NCBI GenBank assembly: GCA_905178155.1 | Contig: CAJINV010000002.1 | Location: 12,896,204 to 12,960,203, forward strand | DNA length: 64,000 bases | DNA from: Amoebophrya sp. A120 | Lineage: Eukaryota > Protista > Dinoflagellata | Direction of reading: 5' to 3' | Shown: positions 25,501 through 37,500 of the stretch, one piece after another | How the letters are laid out: each line of letters opens with the position of its first letter | Numbering within the stretch: position 1 is the stretch's first letter | Notes under the pieces: generated by a model | Seen by the model: the letters and a program-made list of their open reading frames with translations, nothing else | What the model was told of the DNA's origin: nothing | Database searches by the model: none | Translations under genes and position numbers: made by a program

Positions 25501-28500
25501 TCAGCCGGCTGGGCAGCTGCGTCTCCGTCTTCGGGCTGGCCCGACTGGGCAGCTCGGTTTCGGTTCTCGATACCATGATGCTCGGCTCCACCCTGTCGAC
25601 GCGCATGTTTTCCCGCGTGGGCAGCAACTTGTCGTTGTACGGCGCGCTGAGACTGGGATCCTCGCTGTCGATCCTGGACATGATGTCGCTCGGGTCCTGC
25701 TGCAGTGCCCGGGCTTTTGCACGCATCGGAAGCGGCATCAGCGCCTTCGGAATGAGTCGGCTCGGCTCCCGCGTGTCGATTCTGGACGCGTCGTGCTTGG
25801 GCAGCAGCTTGTCGATCCGCAGCTTCTTGCGCATGGGCAGCGGCGCCAGCATCTACGGCATAACGCAGATGGGAAGCGCCATGTCGGTTTTGGACATGCT
25901 ATCCATCGGAAGCTCGCTTTCCCTCCGCTCAGCCACGCGACTGGGATCGAGTTCGAGCGTCTACGGTCTGGCACGATTCGCATCGAGCTTATCCGTGCTT
26001 GACGCAGTGATGCTCGGTTCGTCATTCTCGTTGCGGAAATTCATGCGCCTGGGCTCCAGTCTATCTGTCTACGGGATGGCGCAGTTTGGATCGCGCTTGT
26101 CAGTGCTTGATTTCTTCACGCTCGGCAGCACGGTGAGCTTGCGAAACGCGGCCCGGTTTGGAAGCACTTGCTCTGTTTACGGCATCATGCAATTGTCGTC
26201 CTCCGTCAGCCTCATCGACTGCCTGCAACTGGGCTCGTCGATGTCTGTTCGGTCGTACACCCGCATCGGCAGCACCTGCTCCATCTACTGCACGTTGAAA
26301 CTGGGCTCCAGCTTCAGCGTCTTGGACCGGTTGCACCTCGGCAGTACCATGTCAATGCGGAGCTGCGCGCGACTGGGGAGCTCATTGTCGCTGTTCGGCG
26401 TTGCGCGATTAGGCAGTTCGCTCTCCGTGCTGGACGCATGCTTGATCTCGTCCAGCCTGTCGGTGCGCACCTACAGCCGGCTGGGGAGCAGCTTGTCTGT
26501 GTTCGGCCTGGCAAGATTCGGCAGCGCTCTCTCCATCCTCGACAGCGTTCAACTGGGAAGCAATTTGAGTCTGCGGTCCTTCAGTCGACTCGGTTCCAAC
26601 GCCAGCTTGTATGGCGTGTGCCGATTGGGCTCCAGTCTGAGTGTGCTCGATAGCATTCTGCTGGGCTCCAGCATGTCGACCCGGTCCTTCGGCCGCTTCG
26701 GAAGTTCTTTATCCGTTTTTGGAATGACCAAACTCGGAAGCCGGATGAGTTGCCTCGACTTCTTCAATATGGGGTCTTCCTTTTCGCTGCGCAACTTCTG
26801 CCGCCTGGGATCGTCTTTGTCCGTGTTCGGGCTGACGAGATGTGGAAGTCGGTTCTCAATGCTCGACATGGTGGCCTTGTCCTCCTCTCTCTCGCTCCGT
26901 GGCTTCATCCGCTTCGGCTCGAGCGTCTCCGTGTACGGATTAACTACGGTCGGCACGTCGTTCAGTCTGCTGGACTACTTCAACCTCGGGAGCAGTTTGT
27001 CTGTCCGGAACTTCGCGCGTCTGGCCTCGACCTGCAGTGTGTACGGCATGGTCGCGATTGGCAGCACACTGTCGCTGATCGATTGCCTGCACCTCGGATC
27101 CTCAATGTCGCTTCGCGGCTTCGCGCGGTTGATGAGTTCCTGCTCGGTGTACGGGGTGAGCCAACTCGGCTCCTCGCTTTCCGTTTTGGACAGCATCGGG
27201 CTTGGCTCGATGATGAGCGTCAGGTCGTTCGCGAGACTGTCCAGTGCGGCGTCCGTTTACGGACTAGCCCGGTGCGGCAGCTCGGTTTCGCTGCTGGACA
27301 AAATCAGCGTCGGAAGCAACATCTCCGTGCGGTCTTTCGCCCGCATGTCCAGCACCTGCTCCGTGTACGGAATTAGCAGAATCGGGTCCGCAATCTCCGT
27401 CCTCGACATCATCCACATTGGAAGCTCCCTGAGTGTACGAAGTTACGCTCGGTTAGGCAGCAGTCTGAGTTTGTTCGGCATCGCGAGGATCGGCTCCGCG
27501 CTCTCTGCGCTCGACTTCTGCCACATGGCGTCGTCGATTAGTCTGCGCAGCTACGCGAGATTGGGCAGTTCGCTGTCCGTCTACGGAGTTATGCGGTTGG
27601 GGAGTCGTTTTTCGATTCTCGATGTGCTCGAGCTCGGGAGCAGCATGTCACTGCGCCACTACTTCCGATGCGCATCCGCCATGAGTGTCTTCACGCGAAT
27701 GCAAACCGGGTCCGTGCTCTCAGTGCTGGACTTCGCGCACCTCGGTAGCACGGCCAGCATCCGCAGCTTCTGCCGCTTGGGATCCACAGCATCGGTGTAC
27801 GGTACGTTCCGGTTCGGGCAGAGCATCTCGATTCTCGACAGTGTCACTCTTGGTAGCAGCCTGAGTCTGCGGAGTTACGTCCGCTTGGGTTCCACCTGCA
27901 GTGTGATGAGCAAGTACATCGGCGACCAGTACTCGCTGCTGGGGTGGATGCATGTGGGCAGCTGCTTGTCCATGCGCAACATGCAACGGTTTGGCACCAA
28001 CCTGAGCAGTTACGGAATGTGCCGCGTCGGCAGCAGTATGAGCATCTTGGACTTCTTCACGGTGGGATCCAGCATGAGTGTGCGGAGTTTGGCTCGGTTT
28101 GGTTCCGCGATGTCTTTGTACGGTATGGTTCGCTTCGGCTCCGCCGTCTCCGTGCTGGATATGTTGAACCTCGCGAGCTCCTTCAGTGTGCGCATGACGC
28201 AGCGCATGGGCAGTTCCATGTCCGTGTTTGGCATTATGCGGCTGGGAAGTTCGTTGAGCATTCTGGACCAGACCTTCCTCGGCTCGAGTTTGTCGCTCCG
28301 CTCCGCCGCCTATGAAAGCCTCAGAATGGAAATGCTCAAATTTGTGATGCATGAAATGCAAGGCCAAAAAGACGTTGGACTTCCAAAATCCTAAAACCCA
28401 ATTTCAGGCGAGCTTTCCAAAATTCGACAGGGGTCTGGACTTCCAAAATCCTGAAACCCAACTTCAGACGAGCCTTCCAAAATTCGACAGGGGTCTGGAT

Positions 28501-31500
28501 TTCCAAAATCCTAAAACCCAATTTCAGACGAGTCTTCTAAAATTCGAAAACCCAATTGTGGCAATGTGTAGCAGCGGCACACGCCGAAAACCGGGCTGCG
28601 GGTCCCGGGTTGCGGGTCCCGGGTTGCGGGTCCCGGGCTGCGGGTCCCGGGTTGCGGGTCCCGGGTTGCGGGTCCCGGGCTGCGGGTCCCGGGTTGCGGG
28701 TCCCGGGCTGCGGGTCCCGGGTTGCGGGTCCCGGGCTGCGGGTCCCGGGTTGCGGGTCCCGGGTTGCGGGTCCCGGGTTGCGGGTCCCGGGTTGCGGGTC
28801 CCGGGTTGCGGGTCCCGGTCTGCGGGCCCCGGTTTGCGTGTCCCGGAATGCGGGTCCCGGGTTGCGGGCGGGGCCGGGTTGCGGGCCGGGTGGTCCCGGG
28901 TTGCGGGCCGGGTCCCGGGTTGTGGGCCGGGTCCCGGTTTGCGGGAGGGTCCCGGGGTGCGGGCTGCGGGTTGTGGGCCCCGGGTTGCGGGTCCCGGGTT
29001 GCGGGTCCCGGTTTGCGGGTCCCGGGTTGCGTTTCCCGGGCTGCGGGCCCCGGTTTGCGGGTCCCGGGTTGTGGGTCCCGGGTTGCGGGTCCCGGCCTGC
29101 GGGTCCCGGTTTGCGGGCCCCGGGTTGCGGGTCCCGGGTTGTGGTTTGCGGGCCCCGGTTTGCGGGCCCCGGGATGCGGGTCCCGGTCTGCGGGTTCCGG
29201 GGTGCGGGTCCCGGGGTGTGGGTCCCGGGGTGCGGGTTGCGGGTCCCGGGTTGCGGGAGGGTCCCGGGTTGCGGTTCCCGGGTTGCGGTTCCCGGGTTGC
29301 GGGTCCCGGGTTGCGGGTCCCGGGGTGCGGGTCCCGGGTTGCGGGTTGCGGGTGGGTCCCGGGTTGCGGGTGGGTCCCGGGTTGCGGGTGGGTCCCGGGT
29401 TGCGGGTGGGCCCCGGGTTGCCTTTCCCGGGCTTTGGTTGGGCCCCGGGTTGCGGGAGGGTCCCGGGTTGCGGGTCCCGGGTTGCGGGTCCCGGATTGCG
29501 GGTCCCGGGTTGCGGGTCCCGGTTTGTGGGCCCCGGGTTGTGGGCCCCGGTTTGCGGGTCCCGGTTTGTGGGCCCCGGGTTGCGGGTCCCGGGTTGCGGG
29601 CCCCGGGTTGCGGGTCCCGGGCTGTGGGTCCCGGGCTGCGGGCCCCGGGTTGCGGGTCCCGGGTTGCGGGTCCCGGGTTGTGGGTTGGACCGCAAAAGCA
29701 CTCATAAAATAAAAGCCGCATCATAGCGCCGCAAAAGCATTGCCGCCCGCCGAGGTTGCCCGCCGGCGGTGTTCCGTCCTGGCGTCTTCCAAAAAAAATT
29801 CGAAATGTGGCGCGTGCCGCTGCTACCGGCTCGAGCGACATGTAAAAGAAAACGAATCCGCGTGCTCGGCGTGGTAGCTACCCCCTCGCCGTTCGGGTTT
29901 TAGCAGCAAGGAGCATCGCAAATTAATTGCGGTCGATGAATCCGCGCCGATGATTTTCGCCTATGTATTCTTTTTGTGGCCGGCGCTTTCGATTCGAGCT
30001 TGATCGCAATGCTTTGTCGACCACCGATGTCGACCTTTTGCATCATGCACGCACAAGCGGGATTTTCGAAAACGGAGGGGGGGGGAAGGGAACCCCATTT
30101 GGGTGTCGCGGCGCAAAGCCGCAAGTCTCGCGCTTACGTTCACCACCAGAAGTATTCCTGCACGGGGCCGCTCCATGCATCTGAATCTGAATTCGGCAGG
30201 GGTCTGGATTTTTTAAAAAAAAAAAACCGCATTGCAGAGGAAGCAATCAATGGAGGCCGAGTATTGTCCTGCTAGGGGCGAAGAATTGGGCTACTGATTA
30301 GCACGACAGAAGGGCACCCCTTTGCCTAACTAGCATGACAGACACGCTTTGAGTGCCCGGGAAATTTGTCACGCGCCGACTACAAATGGCGCTTCAACTG
30401 GAGTCGTTTTTTTGCATTTACAAACTATTTCCACTTTGAGGATTCCCAACCTGAGGCTTTCATACCGCCCGCTGCGGTTCCTTCATGAGCGTCTTCAGCA
30501 AGACGACCTTCGGAAGTTCGTTGTCCGTTCTGGGTCTGTCGCATTGCGGCTCCGGCTTGTCCGTCCGCACCATCGGTAGACTCGGAAGCGGGCTTTCGCT
30601 GTTCAAGAGCGTGATCTGCGGTTCCCAGCTCTCCGTTCTGGATGCTTCGGAATTGGGAAGCTGCCTTTCGCTCCGCAGCTACTTCCGCATGGGCTCGAAT
30701 TTGTCCGTGTTCTCGCGACTGCGGTGCGGCTCGATCTTGTCCATCTTCGACACGTTCCAGCTGGGCAGTTGTCTCTCCATGCGGGTATTCACGATTTTGG
30801 GCAGCAGCATGAGCGTCTTCAGCCGCGTCCGCATGGGAAGCCAGTTCTCGACATTAGATTTCCTGACACTGGGCAGTCTGATGAGCGTCAGAAACACGCT
30901 CACGTTCGGCAGTGCCATGTCTGTGTTCCAGCAGAACCGGCTGGGGAGCAGCTTGTCCGTGCTCGACGCCGCGTGTCTCGGGTCAACCTTATCCGTCCGC
31001 TCCTTCAACCAGTTGGGGTCCACGTTGAGCCTCTTCGGGTACACGAAGTTCGGCAGCACAGTCTCCTCGCAAACCATCGTGAAGGGAACTTTGCTCTCCG
31101 TGCGCAGCTGGGCGAGACTCGGATCGACCTTCAGCACGTACGACACCGTTCGTCTTGGCTCCACGCTGAGTGTGCTCGACACGATCAATCTAGGGTCGCA
31201 AATCTCGTTGCGAAACATCATCAAGCTGGGCAGCACATTGTCCTGCTTCAACAAGATCTCGCACAACATCCAGCAGAACAACGCGGATCCGAACGCCACG
31301 AGCATCTTCGACTTTATGCAGCTGGGCAGCGCTATCTCTCTGCGCCACCACTGCCGCGTTGGCAGCGCTTTGTCGACGTTCAGCACCTTCAGGCTCGGCA
31401 GCAACCTCTCCATCTACGACTACACCACGATGGGTTCCTGCTTGTCTCTGCGCAACCGGTCCCGGTTTGGTTCGGTTCTCTCCACCTACGGACGCACCCG

Positions 31501-34500
31501 CATCACGGACGTTGCGTCGGTGTTGGACGCGCAGTACTTGGGCAGCAACCTGAGTATCCGCTGCTACCACCGACTAGGGTCCGCGTTCTCAGTGTGCGGT
31601 AAAGTCAGACTCGGATCGATCTTGTCCCTGCTCGACTGCACCCACCTCGGATCGACCTATTCCATGCGCGGCATGATCACGCTCGGGTCCGGCTTGAGCA
31701 TCATGGCGCGGTCGATGCTCGGAAGTCAGATGTCGGTGCTGGACTGCTTGGAGCTCGGATCGTCGCTCAGCATCCGGTCGTACGTGCGCGTCGGCAGCGT
31801 GTTCTCGGTGTTCAGCCGCAACCGCGTTGGTAGCTGTTTGTCACTTCTCGCGCACACGCACTTCGGCAGCACGCTGTCGATCCGCGCGCTGGGCAGGATG
31901 GGCAGCAGCTATAGCATCTTCGGCATGGTGAAGTGTCCGCAACGCGTTTCGCTGCTTGACACCCTGAACCTCGGATCCGCGCTTTCCTGCCGCAGCTTCA
32001 GCCGGTTCGGCAGTTCCATGTCGGTGTACGGGACCAGCAGGCTGGGCAGCTGCTTGTCGGTGCTCGACTTCGTGCACATGGGAAGCTGCATCTCCGTGCG
32101 GGAATTTAGCCGATTCGGGAGCGGGTTCAGCATCTTCAGTCAGTTGCGGTTCGGATCCTCCACTTCCGTGTTGAACTTTGTCCACATCGGCAGTGCGATC
32201 TCGCTCCGCAGCTACGTGCGCGGCGGCAGCACCTACAGCGTGTTCAGCCAGTACCGATTCGGCAGTCGGATTTCGTTGCTCGACTACTTCAGCATGGGAT
32301 CTGCGATTTCCACCCGGTCTTGCATCCGCATGGGGTCGCAGTTCTCCCTCTGCGGTCGGCTGTTCAGCGGGAGCGCGCTCTCCTTCCTGGACCAGGCAAA
32401 CATCGGATCCTCCCTGTCTCTACGCGGCTACGCACGATTGGGCTCTTCGATTTCCGCGTTCGGCGCCTACCGGAGTTTGCCGGCGCTCTCCTTGCTGGAC
32501 CAACTGGGTTTGGGCTCGACGCTTTCGTGCCGCGCGCACTGCCGCCTGACCTGCAACACCTCGGTGTTCGACGGGTCGTGCATGGGCAGCGCGATGTCCA
32601 TCCGTCGCTTTTCGCGGCTGGGTAGCGCCATGTCGATCTTCGGAAATTGCAGAATCGGGTCGCAGTGCAGCATTCTGGACTGCATGACGCTCGCTTCCTC
32701 GCTTTCCCTCCGGTCCGCTGGTCGCATTGGGTCCGCGCTCTCCGTGGTGTCGAAAACCCTATTCGGAAACCGCTGCTCGGTGCTGAACTTCTTCAGCCTC
32801 GGAAGCTCTCTGTCGGTCCGCAGCTTCTCGCGCGCCGGGAGTTCGAAGTCCGTTTTCGGGGCAGCCTTCGCGGCGAGCACGCTATCCGTGCTGAACGGCT
32901 CGCAGTTTGGGTCCTCGCTGTCCCTGCGTGCGTACGGGCGCATGGGCGGCCAGTTCTCGACCTACAGCCGCTACAACCTGAAAACCACGATTTCGATGTT
33001 GAACTTCGTGTCCCTCGGCTCGGCCTGCTCCCTCCGCGGGTACCAGCGGGTCGGCAGCTCGCTGTCTCTGTACAACCGGGGAGCGCTGGGTGCTAACTTT
33101 TCCGTCATGTCGCAAGGCTTCGTCGGCTCCTGCACCAGTCTGCGCTCGTTCAACCGGCTCTCGTCGTCCATGTCGGTGTTCCGGACCATTAACTTCGGCT
33201 GTGAGCTTTCCGTCCTCGACGCGGTGCAGGCGGGGTCCTGCTGTTCCCTCCGGAACTACGTGCGGCTCGGGAGCTCTTTGTCGTTGCTGGGAACCATGAA
33301 AACCGGCGCGTCCTACTCGGTGATGAATTACCTGTGCCTCGCTTCCAGCATGTCTATGCGGCACTACCTGCGCTGCAGCTCGACCATGTCGCTTCTGGGC
33401 CAGGCGCGGTTCGGCGCGCATTTCAGCGTGCTGGATTTCGCTTCCACCGGCAGTGCGCTCTCTGTGCGCCGCTACGTGCGGTTCGGGAGTGCGCTCTCTG
33501 GCTACGGCCAGTGCAGATTCGGCGAGGGGAGACACAGTGTGCTGGACTTCTTGTCGATGGGAAGTCAGACGTCTCTGCGTAATTTCATGTGCGCGGGCTC
33601 TGCGCTTTCTGTCTTCGGCAAGGCGATGTACAGTAGCGGCCTATCGATTCTCGACTTTGCCTCCACCGGTAGTGCGATCTCACTCCGTAACTTGGTGCGG
33701 TTGGGTTCCACGTTGGAGCGCTGCTTGTCGCAGGTCTACTTGGGACACACTCTCTCGACCCTGGAGCAGTCGCATTTGGGAAGCAGCATGAGCGTTCGGT
33801 CGTTCGTCCGTCTCGCGTGCTCCACTTCTCTGTTGGACTTCATGAACGTTTCCTCGGCGCTGTCCGTTCGCGCGGTCAACCACCTGAGCTCCACGTTTTC
33901 CATCATGAAAAACGGCAACTTCGGCATGGAATTCTCGATGTTGGACTACCTCGCGATCGGCAGCACGCTGTCTGTGCGCGCGAACATTGAGTCGCAGTGC
34001 ATGCGCGGCTTCTCCATCCTGGACAGCGTGGTTCTCGGATCAGCGATGTCCCTGCGCGCCTTCTGCCGCATGGGCAGCAGCTTTTCGGTCGCGGGCATGG
34101 GACGCATTGACGGGACCTCCGCGGTGCAGAATTCGGTCCACTCTGTGCTAGACTACTGCTCCCTGGGTAGCTCGCTGTCGATCCGAAACTTCGTGCGTCT
34201 GACCAGCAGCATGAGCATCTTCAACCAGGCGCGCGGCGGACTCGTCCTGTCCGTGCTCGACTCGACGTCGTGCGCGTCCGGACTGTCACTCCGCGGGTAC
34301 GCAAGACTGGGCTCCAGCCTCTCGCTTCTCGGCCCGCGTCACGTGCGGGCTGACGTTGGGCAGGGCAAAACGTCGATCCTGAACTACGTGTTCTTCGGCA
34401 GCACGGTGAGCGTCCGGGCTCACGGCCGGTTGGCGAACGCAGTTTCGGCGTTGAACTTTGTCTCGCTCGGTTCCTCGCTGAGTCTGCGGTCGTTTGCGCA

Positions 34501-37500
34501 GTTCGGAAGCGGTCTGTCCGTGCTCGATTTCACCAGCTGCGGGTCCTCGGTTTCTGTTCGAGCGTTCTCTCGTACCGGCGAGCAGTTGTACGCTTCGAGC
34601 TTCGCGCGCCTCGGGTCCGCCATGAGCGTGTTTTCGCGAACGCACATGGGCGGCACTTTCTCTGTTCTCGACGCCACGACCGGGATCGGGAGCTCGCTCT
34701 CGCTCCGCTCGATGTCCCGACTCGGAAGCAACGTGTCCGTCCTGAACTTCGTCGCGTTCGGCTCCTCCTGCAGTTTGCGGGCGGCTAGCAGGTTTAGCAG
34801 CTCCATGAGCATCGTCGGGGCGGCTGCCTTCGGCAACATGTTTTCTGTTCTCGACTGCGCGAGCTTCGGCTCCGGGCTCTCACTGCGGCGCTACATGCGC
34901 TGCGGGTCGGCCGTGTCGCTTATGGGGCGGTTCTTCGCCGGCAGCAGCTGCTCGCTGCTGAACTTTGCCTGCATCGGTTCCAGTCTGTCCGTCCGGCAGC
35001 ACGTGCGCCTCGGCAGCTCGGTGTCCATCTTTGGCAACCTGAAGTTTGGCAACCCCAGCCCGAAATCACGCTTCTCGGTGCTGGATTTCATGAGTTTGGG
35101 GAGTTCGCTCTCTCTCCGCAGCACCGTGCGCGGGGCGGGTGAGGGCTTCAGCTGCGTGGACTTCACCAACATTGGCTCGTGCGCCAGTCTCCGCGGGGTC
35201 ACGCGGATTGGATCCGCGTTCTCGATTTTCAGTCGCATGAACGTCGGAGGAACGTTTTCTGTGTTGGACGCACAGTACATCGGCTCCTCAGTCTCTCTCC
35301 GGCATGTCGCGAGGATGGGCGAGCGGTTCTCCGTGTACGACGTGCTCAACCTGGGCTCGGGGTTGTCGCTCCGCGCCTTCGGCCGCATCGACTCGCGGTT
35401 GTCCATCTTCCAGCGCATGCGCCTGAACGGCATGACGTCGGTTCTCGACGCGGTGTTGCTCGGGTCCCAGCTGTCGTTGCGCCAGATTGCGCGCGTCGGC
35501 AGCTCCTTCAGCATCTACGGGCGGAGCAGCTTCGACAAGACCTTCTCCGTCTTGAGCCACGTCTATGACACAAATAACTCAACCAAAGGCAATTTACCAT
35601 CCCCCATCAAGCAAAAAAAATCAACTCAATAATCTACTTGTATTTGTAATGCAGCTAGTTAATCTGATCTAACTATCAGGCCACTAAACTAGCTAGCTAA
35701 ATAAGGCGTTTTTGCATGGTGACACCTTATCTAGCTACCTTCGGGTAGCTCGAACCTGCACGGCAGGGCCGGGGTTCGAACCCAGGTCTGCCGGCCGTGC
35801 TTTTGCCCAGGTTCGAGGCCCGAACCCGCACGGCAGAGCCGGGGTTCGAACCCGGGTTCGCCGGGCGGACTTTCGCCGGCCCAAATTCGAGGGCCGAACC
35901 CGCATGGCAGAGCCGGGGTTCGAACCCGGGTCCAAGGGCCGAGCTTTCGCTCAGGTTCGACGCCCGAACCCGCATGGCAGAGCCGCCATTCGAACCCGGG
36001 TCCGCCGGCCCGACTTTCGCCCAGATTCGAGGCCCGAACCCGCATGGCACAGCCGGGTTTCGAACCCGGGTCCAAGGGCCGAGCTTTCGCCCAGGTTCGA
36101 GGAGCGAGGCCGCATGTCAGAGCCGGGGCTCCAACCCGGACCCAAGGGCCGAGCTTTCGCCCAGGTAGGTTCGAGGCCCGAATCCGCATGGCAGAGCCGG
36201 GGTTCGAACCCGGGTTCGCCGGGCGGACTTTCGCCCGGCCCAGATGCGAGGCCCGAACCCGCATGGCATAGCCGGGGTTCGAACGCGGGTCCAAGGGCCA
36301 AGCTTTCGCCCAGGTTCGAGGCCCGAACCCGAATGGCAGAGCCGGGGTTCGAACCCGGGTCCGCCGGCCGGACTTTCGCCCCCCCCCCCAGATTCGAGGC
36401 CCGAACCCGCATGGCAGAGCCGGGGTTCGAACCCGGGTCCATGGGCCGAGCTTTCGCCCAGGTTCGAGGCCCGAGCCCGCATGTCAGAGCCGGCCGGGGT
36501 TCGAACCAACCCGGGCCCAAGGGCCGACCTTTCGCGCAGGTTCGAGGCCCGAATCCGCATGGCAGAGGCGGGGTTCGAACCCGGGTTCGCCGGGCGGAGT
36601 TTCGCCGGCCCAGATTCGACGCCCGAACCCGCATGGCAGCCAGAGCCGGGGTTCGAACCCGGGTCCAAGAGCCGAGCTTTCGCCGAGGTTCGAGGCCCGA
36701 ACCCGCATGGCAAAGCCGGGGTTCGAACCCGGGTCCGCCGGCCGGACTTTCGGCGGGCCAGATTCGAGGCCCGAACCCGCATGGCAGAGCCGGGGTTCGA
36801 ACCCGGGTCCAAGGGCCGAACTTTCGCCCAGGTTCGAAGCCCGAGCGCGCTTGTCAGAGCCGGGGTTCGAACCCGGGCGCAAAGGTCGAGCTTTCGCCCA
36901 GGTTCGAGGCCCGAACCCGCATGGCAGAACCCGAACCGGAGTTCGAACCCGGATTCGCCGGGCGGACTTTCGCCCAGCCACCCTCCCAGATTCGAGACCC
37001 GAACCCGCATGGCAGAGCCGGGGTTCGAACCCGGGTCCAAGGGCCGAGCTTTCGCCCAGGTTCGAGGCCCGAACCCGCATGGCAGAGCCGGGGTTCGAAG
37101 CCGGGTCCGCCGGCCGGATTTTCGCCGGCCCAGATTCCTTCGAGGCCCGAACCCGCATGGCAGAGCCGGGGTTCGAACCCGGGTCCAAGGGCCGAGCTTT
37201 CGCCCAGGTTCGAGGCCCGAGCCCGCACGTCAGAGCCGGGGTTCGAACCGGGTCCAGGGGCCGAGCTTTCGCCCAGGTAGGTTCGAGGCCCGAACCCGCA
37301 TGGCAGAGCCGGGGTTCGAACCCGGGCGCGCCAGCAAAAGCGCCTTATTTAGGCACTCACGCAAACACCTTATCTAGCTACCATAGTTAAGTTAATTAGT
37401 ATATTAAAAAGTGGCCTATTTATTTACATGCAATTATCTATCCTGTTTTGCACTATCAATTTTTTTTTTTTGATCCCCCATGGTATTTTAGATTTGGTTG

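Larger units (their letters stand above)
28311..30464. mobile_element. Introner 6 (2154 bp) carrying 60-bp repeats and a G-rich satellite
   Basis: TIR TATGAAAGCCTCAG is perfect over 14 bp and imperfect to about 30 bp. Direct repeat CCGCC at 28306-28310 and 30465-30469. Confidence 0.9.

Noticed and set aside
28351-29841. Long Pro/Gly/Arg-rich ORFs in all six frames (also 35712-37390 and 51578-52904)
   Set aside because: They are translations of stop-free GC-rich satellites inside introns.
35755-37326. Tandem tRNA genes
   Set aside because: Only a T-arm and acceptor-like 3' part is present; I could not fold D and anticodon arms or find a same-strand 5' acceptor.
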